A DNA stretch of 64,000 bases, taken from assembly GCF_009914755.1 (NCBI RefSeq), contig NC_060947.1. One strand, written 5' to 3'. Positions 48,401 through 59,544 of this stretch are shown piece after piece. A program made the position numbers and the translations under genes. The DNA is from the human T2T-CHM13v2.0 reference genome, Homo sapiens. Within the stretch, counting starts at the first letter, position 1; each line of letters begins with the position of its first letter. The notes beneath the pieces were generated by a model. It saw only the letters and a list, made by a program, of their open reading frames with translations, was not told where the DNA came from and did no database searches.

Positions 48401-48680
48401 CCTTACCTCCTCTACACACATACACATATAGAATTCTAAACTTAATTATTTACTTTTCTTTTTCTCCTTATTTATTTATTTACTGATAAACTGCAAATGT
48501 TCATGAGATAATAACACACATATCTCAATCATTTTACATATTTCTGTGAATATGCTTGTCACATTATTTCCTGAGAACAGGATACTGGTATGGAAGGAAA
48601 GAGAGAGAGAAATAGACAGAGATAAGTATGGCAGCCTCCTTTACTTCACCCAGTCTGCTTTGTACCTTTTGGTTATAATC

Positions 48681-48808
48681 TTTTTTTTATTATTATACTT
48701 TAAGTTCTAGGGTACATGTGCACAACGTGCAGGTTTGTTACATATGTATACATGTGCCATGTTGGTGTGCTGCACCCATTAACTCGTCATTTACATTAGG
48801 TATATCTC
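48681..48808 (-). mobile_element. Very short L1PA4-7 3' end (~128 bp)
   Basis: ttattatactttaagttctagggtacatgtgcacaacgtgcaggtttg...taggtatatctc. Confidence 0.9.
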
Positions 48809-49444
48809 ACTTCAGTTTGCTCTCAGAAATGACAACATTTCAGATCCAATTCTTAAAGAGGTGTTATTTTTCTAAGCCATTTAATAACTTTACATATGTC
48901 TATATAACATATACTTTAAAAAGTTATAAGAAAAGTTTAGAAACAATCCAATTAGCCCTCAATAAATGATTTGCTGAATATATGACAGTTCTTCAACACA
49001 ATGTAATGCCTTGTGAATGTGAAAAAGAATAATAAAGCTCTCTATGTAGTGACCTAGAAAGAGCTTCAATATAAATTTAAGTGAAAAAAATCAATGTGCA
49101 AAAGAGAGGATATGCTATGTTATTTATAGGGTTTTTAAAAGAAGGGAAGAGCTGACATATATTTGCATTTGCCTATATTTGCATAAAGAGACTCTGGTAG
49201 TATAAAAAATAAAATAATAAAAGTGGTTACCTATAATAGAGGAGTGGTATTTGAAGAAATGACAGGTTAGAGAAACAGATGAAGTTTCGACCTAATACTA
49301 ATATTCAGCCAGTACACATTGAATGAGCCGTAATGGTTGATAAAATACTACAATATTTCTAAATCATTTGGTAAATGGCAACTACACTGTTCACCACCCC
49401 TTCCCCTCGACACCTTGAATGCTGCTCAGTCTTCTCTCTTGGAA

Positions 49445-49890
49445 CATCAGGGATCCTCCAGGAATCAAAAGCAAAGACATAATTACAAGTATAAAAGACG
49501 TATTCAGTGAAACACTTGTGAAAGGTAAAAGGAGAGAGAGCCGAAGTAGGTAAGAAGAGACTGTAGACTGCCATGCAAGCTGGCATCCATGAAAGGAGAA
49601 AGGAAACAAAAGAGCCTCAGCTGTATTGAAGCTCAGGGAAAATCTCAGGCAGGCCAATGGGGAGCCCAGAGCAAAGACTGCTCTTTAGAGGAATCTGTGT
49701 TGGGCAGAAATAGCCAGGCCTTAGTACTGTCACAGTGCTTAATCATTGTCTGGGAGAAGTCCAGTGGGAGTGTAGCCGCAGCTTGAATATTGGTGAATCT
49801 CAAATGAGCACAGGCTGTCAGCTGATGCTATTCCTCAGAAAAATCTCCCCTGAAGTGAGATCTGAGCAGCAATTTCCCTTGACCATCACA
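49445..49890 (-). mobile_element. LTR16-family (ERVL) LTR
   Basis: gaaacacttgtgaaagg...aggccaatggggagccc...ttgggcagaaatagccaggcc...ggctgtcagct. Confidence 0.7.
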
Positions 49891-51060
49891 GCACAAATCC
49901 ATTTCTTTATCCGTATTCACTCCTCAAAAGTTCTATGGGCTTCTCCTCCTTAGGGAAAACTTAAAAGAGGAAGGGTAGAGGAAAAACCACAGTCCTTATC
50001 CTTCCAGTTGATCTTAGGGCCACAACTGGTCTGGTCTGGTCTCCTACATTGTTCATCTTAAATTCCTCTCATTCTCCTATGTGTCTTACCTGGTGTTATA
50101 ATCTGAAATTTCATTTCTGAAGGGTCTGAACCCTTAGTAATTGTAACCTTCTCGGGTTCCATTCACAGTTAAAATTGGGCAAGGGATTCAAAGAGAAGCC
50201 TAAATGGATCATGTGGCTTCCACCAATATCCTTTCCTTTCCACATTGTAAAAAGCAACTCTACCTCCCCTCTGCTTATCAGATTAAATTAGCCTTCTCAA
50301 AATGGTGATTCTTTTCAACATCTGGTTTCTAGGTATAAGGAGTCCAAAGATCCCTAGCAACAGCTGTAACTTGTCCTTCAATGGGACTCTTGTATGTCCC
50401 TTGGCAAGCTTTATGTCCCCCTTTTGGGATAAGGACTTATAACTCTGTAAAGCCCAGAGCTGCTGTGACAAGAAGCACATGGGCTCCCAGTGAGTCATTT
50501 TGAGAATGGTGGCAAGTGGGGCCACTCTTGATTCTATCCCTTTTGGCATATGTGTTTTTCCTATTGAGGATAAAACACCATATAGAAATATCTGTTTTAA
50601 TTCTTATACTGCATCTCACGGACAGCACTCCATCTTGCAGAGTATTGCATCCGAGCTCATACTTCATCACTGTGACTTCAGTAGGCCATTCAAGCTCTCT
50701 GTGAAGTTGGCTGCTTCTCAATGGTGCAGTATGTAGTATGACTGTGTACATCATGGTCATGGGCCCACTTCCATACCTCCTTTACAGTTTAATACCCTGG
50801 TCAGATGTTATTCTTCCTCAAGGATACCCCTGAGTTTGGCTGTAATGCAAGTGCTGTTCATTTTCAGCTAGAACCCACATACTCAGCCGAAATATTTATA
50901 AACCAAGCTCAGGCATATTTTTCCTCCTTCATATGGCCATAGGTGCAAGCTGAAGAAGGATGCTGGAGCCAGCACAGTAGATGATATGGAGGTCTGTAGT
51001 ACCTGCTCATGAAGCTTACTTATACTCTCTAGTCCTACTCACAAATGATCCCAGAGTGAC
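49891..51060 (-). mobile_element. ERVL-class internal sequence with degenerate pol/integrase remnants
   Basis: The minus strand shows decayed ERVL integrase-like peptides (ELGCNTLQDG) adjoining the LTR16. Confidence 0.65.
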
Positions 51061-51064
51061 CATA

Positions 51065-51479
51065 TTCCACTTTTGGGTATCTTTACAGCAGCATCACACT
51101 CCTGGTACCAATTTACTGTATTAGTCTGTTCTCACATTGCTAATAAAGACATATCCGAGACTGGGTAATTTATAAAGGAAAGAGGTTTAATGGACTCACA
51201 GTTTCACATGGCTAGGGAAACCTCACAATCATGGCCAGAGACGAAGGAAGAACAAAGACATGTCTTACATGGTAGCAGGTAAGAGAGCTTGTGCAGGGGA
51301 ACTCCCGTTTATAAAACCAACAGATCTCATGAGACTTATTCACTATCACAAAAACAGTATGAGAAGGACCTGCCCCATAATTCAATTACCTCCCACCAGG
51401 TCCTTCCCATGACATGTGGGAATTATGAGAGCTACAATTCAACATGAGATTTCGGTAGGGACATAGCCAAACCATATCA
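51065..51479 (-). mobile_element. THE1 (C/D-like) LTR (51117-51479) with ~50 bp of THE1-int
   Basis: cactcctggtaccaatttac|tgtattagtctgttctcacattgctaataaagac...agccaaaccatatca. Confidence 0.88.
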
Positions 51480-51481
51480 AC

Positions 51482-54168
51482 AAATAATGAGCACAGTGTC
51501 TGATAGGTAATTTTTCAATCCTCATTCTCCCCCCACCCTCCACTCTCAAGTAGTCCCCAATGTCTGCTGTTGCCTTCTTTGGGTCCATATATACTTGATG
51601 TTTATCTCCCACTTATAAGTGAGAACATGCAGGATTTAGTTTTCTGTTTTCATTTAATTCACTTATAATAATGGCCTCCAGCTCCACCATCTTGCTGCAA
51701 AGAACATGATCTCTTTCTTTTGTATGGCTGTGTAGTGTTCCATGGTGTATATTACCACATGTTTTATATCCAATCTACAGTTGATGGACATTTAGTTTTA
51801 TTTCATATCTTTGCTAGTGTGAATAGTGCTGTGATTAACATAGGCATGCATGTGTATTTATGGTAGAATGATTTATATTCCTATGGGTATATACCTAATA
51901 ATTGGAATGCTGATTTGAAAGGTAGTTCTGTTGTGAATGCTTTGAGAAATCACAGCAATACTTTCCACAAAGGCTGAACAAATTTACAATCCCACCAGTA
52001 GTGTAAAACCGTTCCTTTTCTCTGCAACCTCGCCAGCATCGGTTATTTATTGACTTTTTAATAATGGCTATTCTGGCTGGTGTGAGATGATATCTCTTTG
52101 TGGTTTTAATTTGCATTACTCTAATGATTAGTGCTATTGAGCATTTATTCATATTTTTGTCAGCTGCATGTATGTCTTCTTTAAAGAAATGTCTGCTCAA
52201 GTCTTTTGCCCACTTTTTAATGGGGCTGTTTGTTTTTGCTCGTAAATTTGTTTAAGTTCCTTATAGATTCTGGATGTTGGACTTTTGTTGGATGCATAGT
52301 TTGCAAATACTTTTTCCTGTTCTGTAGGTTGTTTACTCTGTTGACAGTGTCTTTTGCTGTGCAAAATCTCCTTAATTAGGTCATATCTGTCAATTTCTGT
52401 TTTTGTTGCAATTGCTTTTGATATCTTCATCGGTGAAATCTTTGACAGTTCCTATATTCAAAATTGCATTTGCTAGGTTATCTTTCAGAAATTTTGTACT
52501 TTTACATTTTACATGTAAATCTTTAATACATCTTGAGTTGATTTTTGTATATGGTGTAGGAAGGAGTTCAGTTTCAATCTTCTGCATGTGGCTAGCCAGT
52601 TATCTGAGAACCATTTATTGAATAGGGAGTCCTTTTCCCATTGCTTGTTCTCATCAACTTTGACAAAGATCAGATGATTGTAGGTGTGTAGGATTATTTC
52701 TGGACTCTCAGTTCTGTTCATTGGTCTATGCTTCTGTTTTTATACCAGTACCATGCTGTTTTGGTTACTTAGCCTTGCATGATAGTTTGAAGTCAGGTAA
52801 TATGATGCCTCCAGATTTGTTCTTTTTGTTTAGGATTCCCTTGGCTATTTGAGCTGTTTTTTGGTTCCACATGAATTTTAAAATAGTTTTTTTTTAATTC
52901 TATGAAGAATGTAATTGGTACTTTCATAGGAATAGCATTGAATCTGTAAATGGCTTTGGGCAGTACGGACATTTTAACAATATTGATTCTTCTTATTCAT
53001 GAATATGAAAAGTTTCTCCATTTGTTTGTGTAATCTCTGATGTCTTTGAGTTGTATTTTGTAATTCTCATTTTACAGATCTTTCCCTACCTGGTCAGTTG
53101 TATTCCTAGCTATTTTGCTCTCTTTATGCCTATTGTGAATTACATTGCATTCTTGATTTGGCTCTTAGTTTGGATGTTGTTTGCGTGTAGGAACGCTACT
53201 GATGTTTCTACATTGATTTTTTTTCTCTTCAAATATCTTCTTTTTAATGACTTAAACACCAGCGTGGAGACTTACGGTTTAAACACTCTCGTTTCTTTGC
53301 TCCGTGCTTTGGAAGGGATAGGGACTGCATTTCCCACCTTGTCTGAGTGAAGTTAAAACTTTGTCTTGTAAATAAATAAATAATTTCCTAACTAACACCA
53401 CAAAATACAAACGAGACCTAGTTTCTCTCAAGGGGCAGGTCGTTTCCAGGTACCCACTGTCGCTGCTCCTCTTGAGGGCCTGGCCATACCTGCCACGAGG
53501 AGAATGCGGCAAGAATGGCTTCCCTTCTTCTATTTGCTGCTCTCTAGAAGGGCCGAGAATCTGCTTGGGCCTGCCGGGGCTGATGGCGTCTCGCTCTTGA
53601 GAAAAATCTTGCTGGGGCAGGTCCTCCGGCAGCACCAGCACTTTACCAAGAGTGATGGGAAACTGAGACTTTGTACAAAACTGCGCTGGCACTCACCGTC
53701 TTAGGTAGCAGATTTATAGAGTGAATACTGTGCTTGGGCCTTTTTCATGAAGACTTGGATCCCAGTTCTTGGAGCAGCTGAAAAAATCGGCTCGGGCCAC
53801 CAGTGGATACACTCACAATGAAATGAGAGGCCGTGTAAGGTTTGCAAGGCGGAATGGCCTGTAGTTTTAACTCGGAAACTGTGGTGACGCAAACCCAAAC
53901 CAACTGTGCTACTTCTTGCTGGGAGGCAAACTGTTATCAGGCTTTGTTTTCACTCCTTTGGTGCTTGACCTGATTATTTTGAATCCTGAAACGTTGCTGA
54001 GTTATTTATGCGATCAAAAAGCCTTTGGACAGAGACTATGGGATTTTCTAGTTAAAGAATCATATCTTCTGCAAACATGAATAATTTCTTCTTCTTTTCC
54101 TTTTTGGATGCCTTTTATTTATTGTCCTTGGCTGGTTGCTCTTACCAGGACTTCTAGTATTATGTTGA
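51482..54168 (-). mobile_element. L1PA15/16-like 3' region, split by a retrocopy at 53217-53970
   Basis: Minus-strand ORFs HFFKEDIHAA and [10 protein letters not shown]. The consensus acattgatttt|gtatcctgaaac is split by the insert. Confidence 0.85.
53217..53970 (-). pseudogene. Processed retrocopy of an mRNA 3' end; parent gene not identified
   Basis: Non-repeat-like, GC- and CpG-richer insert. On the minus strand, ATTAAA (53243-53248) lies 18 nt before an A8 run. TSD-like tgattttt/tgattatttt. The host L1 resumes in register. Confidence 0.8.
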
Positions 54169-54299
54169 GCTCTTATATATTCTGGTTATTAATCCCTTGT
54201 CAGATGGGTAGTTTGCAAGTATTTTCTCCCATCCTGTAGGTTTTCCCATTACTATGTTGTTTGTTTCCTTTGCTGTGCAGGAGCTTTTTAACATGATTT

Positions 54300-57200
54300 G
54301 ATTCTCCTCAATTTCCTTCATCAGTGTCCTAGAGTTTTCATTATAGAGATCTTTTACTTTTTGGTTAATTCCTAGGTATTTAATTTTATGTGTGGTATTG
54401 CAAGTGGGGTTACATTTTTATTTCTTTTTCAGCTTGTTGTTTGTTGGCATATAGAACTGCTAGTGATTTGTGTATGTTGATTTTGTATCCTGCAATTTTT
54501 GTGAATTCATCACTTCTAGTAATTTTTTGTGGAGTCTTTTTAGGTTTCTCCAAATAAAAAAAAATATCATCTGCAAACAAGGATGATTTGACTTTTTCCT
54601 TTCCAATTTGGATATCCTTTATTTCTTACTTGTGTCTAATTGTTCTGGCTATGACTTCCAGTACAATGTTGAATAACAGTAGTGAAAGTGGGTGTCCTTG
54701 TAGTTTTCCAGATCTTAGAGGAAAGCCTTCCACTTTTTTTCCATTCATGACACTAGATGTGGGTCTGTGACATATGGCCTTTATTATGTTGAGATATATT
54801 CCTTCTAACCCAGTTTTTTGATGGTTTTTGCCATGAAGGGATGTTGAATTTGATTAAATGCTTTATTCAGTATCCATTTAAATGAGCATATGATTTTTGT
54901 TCTTTATTCTGTTGATGTGATTTATCACATTGATTGATTTGCATATGTGAAACCATCCTTGCATCCCAGGGATAAATCCTACTTCTTCATGGTGAATGAA
55001 CTTTTTAACATATTATTGAATTTGGTTTGCTGGTATTGTGTTCAAGATATTTACAACAGTATTCATTAGAGACATTGCCCGCTAGATTTTTTTTTTTTTG
55101 TCTTTGTATGGCTTTGGTTTCAGATTAAGAGTGGCCTCATAGAATGAGTTTGGAAGTATCCCTTTCTCCTGTTTTTTTTGGAATAGGTTGAGTAGGGTCA
55201 GTATTAGTTGTTCTTTGCTTTGTAGAATTCAGCAGTGAAGCCACTGGGCCCCAGGCTTTTCTTTACAGAGAGATTTTTTGTTATGGTTTCTATCTCATTA
55301 CTTGTTATTGGTATATTCAGGTTTTGGATTTCTTTCTGGTACAATCTTGGTAGGTTGTACGTGTCTAGGAATTTTTCCAATTTCTTCAGATTTTCCAATT
55401 TATTGGCATATTGTTGCACATAGTGGCCACTAATGCTTCATTTAATTTCTGCAGTGGCAGTTGAAATGTCTCCTTTTTCATCTCTGGTTTTATTTATTTG
55501 ACTCTTCTTTCTTTTTTCTTAGTTAGCTTAGATAAAGTTTCTTAAATTTTGTTTAACTTTTCAAAAAAAACCTTTTAGTTTCATTGATGTTTTCTATTTT
55601 ATTCATTTCAAATTCATTTATTTTTTCTCTAATCTTTTTTATTTCTTTTCTTCTATTTATTTTAGTTTTGGTTTGCTCTTGCTTTTCTAGTTCTTTAAGA
55701 TGCACCATTAAATATTTTTATTTGAAAATTTTCTTCTTTTTTTCATGTAGGCAATTATAGCTATACCCTTATGTCTTAGTACTGCTTTTGCAGTATCCCC
55801 TAGGTTTTGGTATGTGGTGTTTCCATTAGTTTTTTCAAGCAGTTTTTCAATTGTCTTCTTAAGATTTTTCATTGACCTACTAGTCTTTCAGGAGCATATT
55901 GTTTAATTTTCATGTGTTTGCTTACTCTCCAAAATTCCTCTTGTAACTGATTTTTAGTTTTATTCCACTGTGGTCAGCAAAGATCAGAGAAGATGCTTGA
56001 TGTTATTGTAATTTGTTTTAATATTTTAAGACTTGTTCTGCAGCTTAACATATGGTATATCTTTGATAATCTATGTGCTAAGAAAAAACAATGTGTATTC
56101 TGCAGCTGTTGGTTAAAAATGCTCTTTAAATATTTATTTGATCTATTTGGTCTACAGGACAAATTAACTCTGATGTTTCTTGTTGATTTTCTGTCTGGAA
56201 TATGTGTCCAGTGCTAAAAGTGGGGTGTTGAAGTCTCCAGCTATTATTGTATTGGGACCTATCTGTATCTGTATCTTTAATAATATTTGCTCCATATGTC
56301 TGGTTGCTGTAGTGTTGGGTGCATGTATATTTAAAATTGTTACACCCTCTTGCTGAATTGACCCCTTTATCATTAGTGACATTTTTGTCTATCCTTATAG
56401 TTTGTCTTGAAATCAATTTTCTCTGATATTAATATAGCTACTCCTATTCTCTTCTGCTTTCCATTGGCATAAAATAGCTTTTTCAATACCTTTATTTTTA
56501 GTTTATGTGTATCTTTATAGGTAAAGTGTGTTTCTTGTAGACAACAGGTTAATGAGTTTTGTATTTTTATCCGTTCAGCATTCTATGTCTTTTGATTGGA
56601 GAGTTTAGACAATTACATTCAATGTTATTATTGACAAGTAAGGACTTACTGTTGACATTTTTTTCTTTGTTTTCTGGTTGTTTTGTGGTCTCGTCTTCCT
56701 TCTTTTTGTTCCTTTTTTACTTCCTTTAGTGAAGGTGATTTTCTCTGGTGATATAATTTTGTTTCTTGCTTTTTATTATTTCTGTATTTATTGTATATTT
56801 TCTGGTTTTAGGGTACTTTGAAGTTTGTAAATACTATCTTAAAACTCATTATTTTAACCTGATAACAGCTTAACACTGTTCGCATAAACAAGCCAACAAA
56901 CAACCACAAAGAAAACTAATAAAAATGCTACACCTTAAAATCATCCTCCTGCTTTTCATCTTTTTGTTGTTTCTATTTGTATCTTATTGTACTATGTCTT
57001 GAAAAGTTGTTGTAGTTATTATTTTTGTATGGTTAATTATTTAGTCTTTCTACTTTGCACAAAAGTAATTTACACACCACAGTTACAGTGTTATAATGTC
57101 CTGTGATTTTCTGTGTACTTACTATTACCAGTGAGTTTTATACCTTCGGGTAATTACTTATTGCTCATTAATGTCCTGTTCTTTCCAATTAAAGTTCTCA

Positions 57201-57982
57201 CATTACAAGTAGGACAGGTCTGGTGTTTAAGAAATCTCTCAGCTTTTGTTTGTCTGAAAAAGTCTTTATTTCACCTTCAGGTTTGAAGAATAGTTTTGCC
57301 AGATGTACTATTCTAGGGTCTTTTTTTTTCTTCAGCACTTTAAATATGTCATGCCACTCTCTGCTGACCTGTAAGGCTTCCACTGAAAAGTCTTCTGCTA
57401 GACATTTTGGATATCCATTGGATGCTATTTGTTTCTTTTCTCTTGCTGCTTTTATGATTTTTCTCTTCATTCCTGATCTCTGGAAGTTTGAGTATTAAAT
57501 GTCTTGAGGTAGTCTTTGGTTAAATTGGTTTAGTATTCTATAACCTTCTTGTAGTTGGATATCAATATTTTTCTCTAGGTTTTGGAAGTTCTGTGTTCTT
57601 CTCTCTTGGAATACACTTTCTACACCTATCTTTTTCTCTACCTCTCCTTCAAGGTCAATAATTCTTAACTTTGCCCTTTTGAGGATATTTTCTAGATTCT
57701 GTATGTGTGCTTCATTGTTTTTTTTCTTTTGTCTCCTCTGGCTGTGTATTTTCAAACAGCCTTTCTTCCAGCTTACTGTTTCTTTCTTCTGCTTGATCAA
57801 TTCTGTTATTAAGGGACTCTGAGGCATTTTTCATTATGCCAATTTCAATTTTCAGCTCCAGAATTTCTGCTTGATTCTCTTTAATTATTTTAATCTTTGT
57901 TAAATTCATCTGATAGAATTATGAATTCTTTTGTTATCTTGAATTTCTTTGCATTTCCTCAAAACAGCTATTTTAAATTCTC
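54300..57982 (-). mobile_element. L1MA-like element, ORF1 through mid ORF2
   Basis: Minus-strand ORFs IIAGDFNTPL, KAAREKKQI and YANKLENL. The inter-ORF spacer at ~56620-57190 is of the L1M type. Confidence 0.85.
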
Positions 57983-58545
57983 TTCATAAGTGAAAGAGAA
58001 ATAAAATCCTTTACAGACAAGCAAATGCTGAGAGAATTTGTCACCACTAAACTTTTGGTTTCATTGATTCTTTGTATTCTTTTCAGTCTCTGTTTCATTT
58101 AATTCTGCTCTTATTTGGTTATTTCTCATCTTCTAATTTGGGGTTTGGTTTCTTCTCGCTTTTCTAGTTCTTTGAGGTGTGTCATTAGATTGTTAATTTG
58201 TAACCTTTCTAACTTTTTGATGTAGGCATTTAATGCTATAAACTTCCCTTTTAGCACTGCATCTGCTTTATCCCACAGGTTTTGGTATGTTGTGTTTTCA
58301 TTTTTATATTTTACTCTTTATTTTTACTTTTCTTGTTAATTTCTTGAATGACTCAATGGTCATTCAGGAGCATGTTGTTTAGTTTTCATGTATTTGCATA
58401 TTTTCCAATGTTTCTCTTGATACTAACTTCTGGTTTTATTCAACTTTGATCTGAGAAGTTACTTTATTTGATTTCATTTTTGTAAAACTTTGTTGACACT
58501 TTTTTGTGCCCTAGCTTATAGTCTACCTTGGAGAATGTTCCAAGC
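57983..58545. mobile_element. Rearranged L1 pieces: sense ORF1 fragment (57983-58049) plus antisense ORF2 fragment (58050-58545)
   Basis: cttcataagtgaaagagaaataaaatcctttacagacaagcaaatgctgagag, then T-rich antisense ORF2. Confidence 0.7.
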
Positions 58546-59214
58546 ATGGGTCTTTATAAAAGGCCAATAACACAATAAAATATAAGCATAAGACATGAAA
58601 AGACCACCTACAAAAATAAAATGTAAACATCCCTATAACATGTAAATGTGTTACTTATGAGGAAGAACAAATTAAAATAACAGCAAAATGCAATTTTAAA
58701 AAGTACCATTTTAATAAAAATCTTAAGTTTGACAACAGATTCCATTGGTAAGGCTGTGGAAAAGTAGGCACTCTCATACACTGCTGGTGGGCATATAAAT
58801 TGGCATAACCCCCAAAAAGGGCAATTTGTCACCATACGTTCAAATTGCACATGCCCTTTTTTTTTTGGCCCAGCAAAGCTACTTATATTTGTTCCACAGA
58901 TATATTCACAGACAAAATAATGACAGGGAACATTTATTAGTTAAAACATTATCAGAAGTGGTCATAAACCACTCAAATAACCACCAATAGCCTACTGGCT
59001 TAATATTATGGTACACAAAGTCAGTGGAATGCAATGCAGTTATAAATAAGAATGACAAAACTGTTAACATGAAAAAATTAAAGTGCATAGCAATGTGTAC
59101 AATATGATAGTTTTATATCATAAATATAATGGACCTAGGGATGTGTATTTATATGTGCCTGTATTTGTAAACCAAACTCTAGAAAGAATATATACAGGAA
59201 TCTAATTAGTGTGA

Positions 59215-59405
59215 TTCTATTAATGGAGGTTCTGCAGAGAAACAGAAACAATAGGCTGAATATATCATATGTATGTGTGTATTATTTATATACATATAAT
59301 ATATATGATTTATTATATATAATTGATATTTATGACTGCTATATATGATATATGAGATATATATAGAGAGAAACAAAGATATACAGAGAAATTATTATGA
59401 GAAAT
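59215..59405 (+). mobile_element. MLT2 LTR terminal fragment with an AT-rich insert
   Basis: ggttctgcagagaaacagaaacaatagg...gagaaattattatgagaaat. Confidence 0.55.
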
Positions 59406-59544
59406 ATTTCATATTTCACTCAAAAGTCTTGATTATTTTATTTTCTCCAATGTACAACTACCCTGGCAAAAATTAGTAAGCCATTTGGGGAAGATGGGGA
59501 GAAACAGTAACAGTATAAACTTTCAGTGGTGAGAAAACTGAGGA

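Noticed and set aside
53279-53898. 137-, 66- and 65-aa ORFs within the retrocopy
   Set aside because: No recognisable domain, the longest starts at GTG, and the context is UTR-like.
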